32,000 nt of DNA from Erysipelotrichaceae bacterium MTC7 (GTDB taxonomy: Bacteria > Bacillota_I > Bacilli_A > Erysipelotrichales > Erysipelotrichaceae), in assembly GCA_001695645.1 (NCBI GenBank), contig LVZN01000003.1, positions 49,992 through 81,991 of the forward strand, given 5' to 3'. Made by a program: the position numbers and the translations under genes. Of this stretch, positions 29,702 through 32,000 are shown piece after piece. Below the pieces are notes generated by a model that saw only the letters and a list, made by a program, of their open reading frames with translations, ran no database searches and was not told the origin of the DNA. Each line of letters opens with the position of its first letter. The stretch's first letter is position 1.

Positions 29702-32000
29702 AGATAGCATACGGCAACAGCCGAATGGATAAAAAGTGGAAAAACACAGACATCAGCTGGGAGGACTTCTGCTCCCGTGTTAAGACCACACAGCGTACCA
29801 CCGAAACGGTAGAAGAATATCGAAAAATGAGAAAAGGTGGCCAGGACTCCATTAAAGATGTCGGCGGTTTTGTTGGCGGTCATTTAAAAGATGGCAGACG
29901 TAAAAAAGGGAATGTTCTATCACGCTCCATGCTCACCCTTGATATGGATTATGGCACAAGTACTATCTGGGAAGAAATCTCTACCTTCTACCCTTATCAG
30001 TGTTGTATTTATTCTACTCATAAGCATGCTCCAGAAAATCCAAGACTAAGGCTGATTATTCCTCTCTTCCGTGATGTTGGAGAGGAGGAGTATGCAGCCG
30101 TTAGTCGCATGGTCGCAAAAGAAATCGGCATCGACCTTTTTGATGATACGACCTATGAACCAGAACGATTAATGTATTGGCCGTCTACTTCAAGAAACGG
30201 CATTTTTGTGTATGAGGAAAAAGATGGTTCTCTCCTTGATCCTGATGTATTTCTAAATAAATATGATGATTGGCGTGACACCAGTACTTGGCCCGTATCC
30301 TCTAGGCAGTCAGAAGTACTTGATCGCTCATTAAAAGAACAAGCCGATCCACTTTCTAAAGAAGGTGTCATCGGTACTTTTTGCCGTACCTACTCAGTTA
30401 GCACTGCAATCGATACGTTCTTAAAGGATATATACGAACCTTCAGTAATGGTTGGTCGATATGATTATATCCCGGCTGACTCCAGTGCAGGGGTTATCCT
30501 CTATGATGATAAGTTTGCCTATTCTCACCACGCAACAGATCCTGCAAGTGGGAGGCTGCTTAATGCTTTTGACCTTGTTCGCATCCATCGATTTGGTCAT
30601 TTAGATGATCGAGCGACAGAAAGCACACCTCCAAGCAAACTCCCATCCTTTATCAACATGTGCGAATTTGCCACCCAAGACGATAAAGTAAAAGCCCAGT
30701 TTACGAAAGAGCGGATGGAACAGGCTACGATTGATTTTACGGAGGATAATTGGCAGACAGCACTTGAACTGGATAAGCAAGGAAAGATTAAAGACACCTT
30801 GGACAATATCGTTCTCATCATCCGCAACGATTCAGAACTAGAATCTATTGCTTTTAATAAGCACCGTGATGGAATCGATGCAAGAGACGGATTGCCTTGG
30901 GAGCAAATGAAGGGCGGCTGGAATGATTCAGATAATGCAGCCCTTAAAGTTTATCTGTCTAATAAATATGGCATCTACTCCCCAACCAAAACAAAGGACG
31001 CAATACTAGCAGTCGCAGCAGAGCGTTCCTATCATCCTATAAAAGAATACCTGGATCATCTACCAGAGTGGGATGGAACCGATCGCGTTGAGACCTTACT
31101 GATTGATTACTTCAATGCAACAGATAATTCCTATACCAGAGCCGTTACTAGAAAAATGATGGTGGCAGCAGTCGCTAGAATTGTTCATCCTGGTACGAAA
31201 TTCGACAGCGTTTTAATTCTAAATGGTCCACAAGGCATCGGTAAGTCTACCTTCTTTGCAAAGCTTGCAGGTGATTGGTTTTCCGATAGTTTGACGCTCA
31301 CGGATATGAAGGATAAAGCAGGTCCTGAGAAACTTCAAGGGTACTGGATTTTAGAACTGGGCGAACTAGCCGGCATGCGAAAAACCGATGTGGAAGTTGT
31401 GAAATCCTTTATCTCAAGATCGGACGATAAATACCGTGCCAGTTATGGGGTGAATGTGGAAAGCCATCCTCGTCAATGTATCATTGTCGGCTCTACCAAT
31501 GCAGAAAGTGGATTTTTGCGAGACATCACGGGTAACCGAAGATTCTGGCCTGTGCGCATTAGTGGTGACGGCAAAAGAAAAGCATGGCAGATGTCCGTAT
31601 ACGATGTAGAGCAGATTTGGGCAGAAACTTTGGTGCTTTATGCCAAAGGTGAAAAGCTCTATTTAGAAGGCAGTGATGTAGAGTTAGCAACGAATGAGCA
31701 GGCAGATGCCATGGAGAGTGATGAGCGAGAAGGGCTTGTTCGCACTTACCTCGATACGCTTTTACCCGATGACTGGAATGCCCTGTCCTTATACGAGCGA
31801 AGAAACTACCTAAACGGTAGTGAATTTGGTGGGGAATCCCGTGTTGGCACGGTAGAACGTACGCTTGTTTGTAATATGGAAATTTGGTGTGAATGCTTTG
31901 GAAGGGATGCCTCCGCCATGAAACCTGCGGACTCCTATGCCATTGCAGGCATTATGAAAAAGATTAATGGGTGGAACAAGTACCAAGGGAACAAGAACGG
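29698..32000 (+). CDS. VirE-family (virulence-associated protein E) primase/helicase-like protein, 3' end beyond the window
   Basis: Not in the supplied ORF track because no stop occurs. I translated nt 29698-31998 by hand: 767 sense codons with no stop. ATGA overlap with the upstream gene. Contains P-loop LNGPQGIGKSTF, Walker-B-like YWILELGEL, and RRFWPV, typical of VirE/P4-like replicative proteins. Confidence 0.85.
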   Translation, partial: MKIAYGNSRMDKKWKNTDISWEDFCSRVKTTQRTTETVEEYRKMRKGGQDSIKDVGGFVGGHLKDGRRKKGNVLSRSMLTLDMDYGTSTIWEEISTFYPYQCCIYSTHKHAPENPRLRLIIPLFRDVGEEEYAAVSRMVAKEIGIDLFDDTTYEPERLMYWPSTSRNGIFVYEEKDGSLLDPDVFLNKYDDWRDTSTWPVSSRQSEVLDRSLKEQADPLSKEGVIGTFCRTYSVSTAIDTFLKDIYEPSVMVGRYDYIPADSSAGVILYDDKFAYSHHATDPASGRLLNAFDLVRIHRFGHLDDRATESTPPSKLPSFINMCEFATQDDKVKAQFTKERMEQATIDFTEDNWQTALELDKQGKIKDTLDNIVLIIRNDSELESIAFNKHRDGIDARDGLPWEQMKGGWNDSDNAALKVYLSNKYGIYSPTKTKDAILAVAAERSYHPIKEYLDHLPEWDGTDRVETLLIDYFNATDNSYTRAVTRKMMVAAVARIVHPGTKFDSVLILNGPQGIGKSTFFAKLAGDWFSDSLTLTDMKDKAGPEKLQGYWILELGELAGMRKTDVEVVKSFISRSDDKYRASYGVNVESHPRQCIIVGSTNAESGFLRDITGNRRFWPVRISGDGKRKAWQMSVYDVEQIWAETLVLYAKGEKLYLEGSDVELATNEQADAMESDEREGLVRTYLDTLLPDDWNALSLYERRNYLNGSEFGGESRVGTVERTLVCNMEIWCECFGRDASAMKPADSYAIAGIMKKINGWNKYQGNKN

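Larger units (their letters stand above)
14725..32000. mobile_element. Accessory region: defence island plus phage/ICE-like early module inserted downstream of rlmD (right end not in window)
   Basis: Abrupt switch from housekeeping to R-M, Hachiman and antirepressor/VirE genes right after the rlmD terminator. Uneven base composition in spot counts of single 60-nt lines: about 25% GC in hamA, about 35% in rlmD, 42-45% at 27.7 and 31.4 kb. No integrase or second boundary visible, so the element type and limits are inferred. Confidence 0.5.

Noticed and set aside
26-30827. All minus-strand ORFs in the six-frame track (60-154 aa, e.g. 7908-8276, 15535-15915, 20078-20542, 26080-26406, 29485-29883).
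   Set aside because: Each lies wholly within a longer + strand gene that has clear family motifs. None has a recognisable SD or domain motif, and their compositions are low-complexity, typical of antisense shadow frames in AT-rich DNA.
1-32000. Searched by eye for CRISPR arrays, tRNA/rRNA genes, IS elements with terminal inverted repeats, transposases, integrases and toxin-antitoxin pairs.
   Set aside because: No regularly spaced direct repeats, no cloverleaf-like or rRNA-like segments, and no DDE, tyrosine or serine recombinase motifs in any long ORF. Absence is based on visual inspection only.

Overview
Low-GC Firmicutes-type chromosome segment. Protein similarities hint at an Erysipelotrichia/Bacilli-like host, which I cannot verify here. 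Every gene I can support is on the + strand.

nt 1-14724 looks like ordinary core genome:
- an ABC exporter pair
- adhE with Rex-type operators
- adenosine deaminase
- a glycolipid-type cluster (GT4, LPG-synthase-TM-like protein, GT4) whose second glycosyltransferase is fused in frame to a complete RecX-like module
- yhaM, glycerate kinase, a thioredoxin-like lipoprotein, a YihY-family membrane protein and a RumA/RlmD-type 23S rRNA methyltransferase

Directly after the methyltransferase terminator (about nt 14725) the content switches to accessory DNA, a tightly packed co-directional defence island:
- an XRE-type regulator with a palindromic operator on its own promoter
- a complete type I R-M: hsdM, hsdS, a 67-aa very basic ORF, hsdR
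- a YdbC/PC4-like ssDNA-binding gene start/stop-coupled to hsdR
- an intact NucS/DUF91-like PD-(D/E)xK nuclease with an unassigned C-terminal domain
- a Hachiman-type pair: a DUF1837/HamA-like protein plus an SF2 helicase (HamB). The HamA-like protein is unusually long and appears, from memory of the family, to lack the expected ExK motif.

A strong terminator (27265-27300) and a 625-bp hairpin-rich spacer follow. Then comes a phage/ICE-like early module: a sigma-70 region-4-like regulator, a Bro-N/KilAC antirepressor, a DUF4406-like protein and a VirE-family primase/helicase-like ORF. That last ORF runs off the window and is absent from the ORF track.

I saw no rRNA, tRNA, CRISPR array, transposase or integrase. 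All family assignments come from motif recognition by eye; no searches were run.
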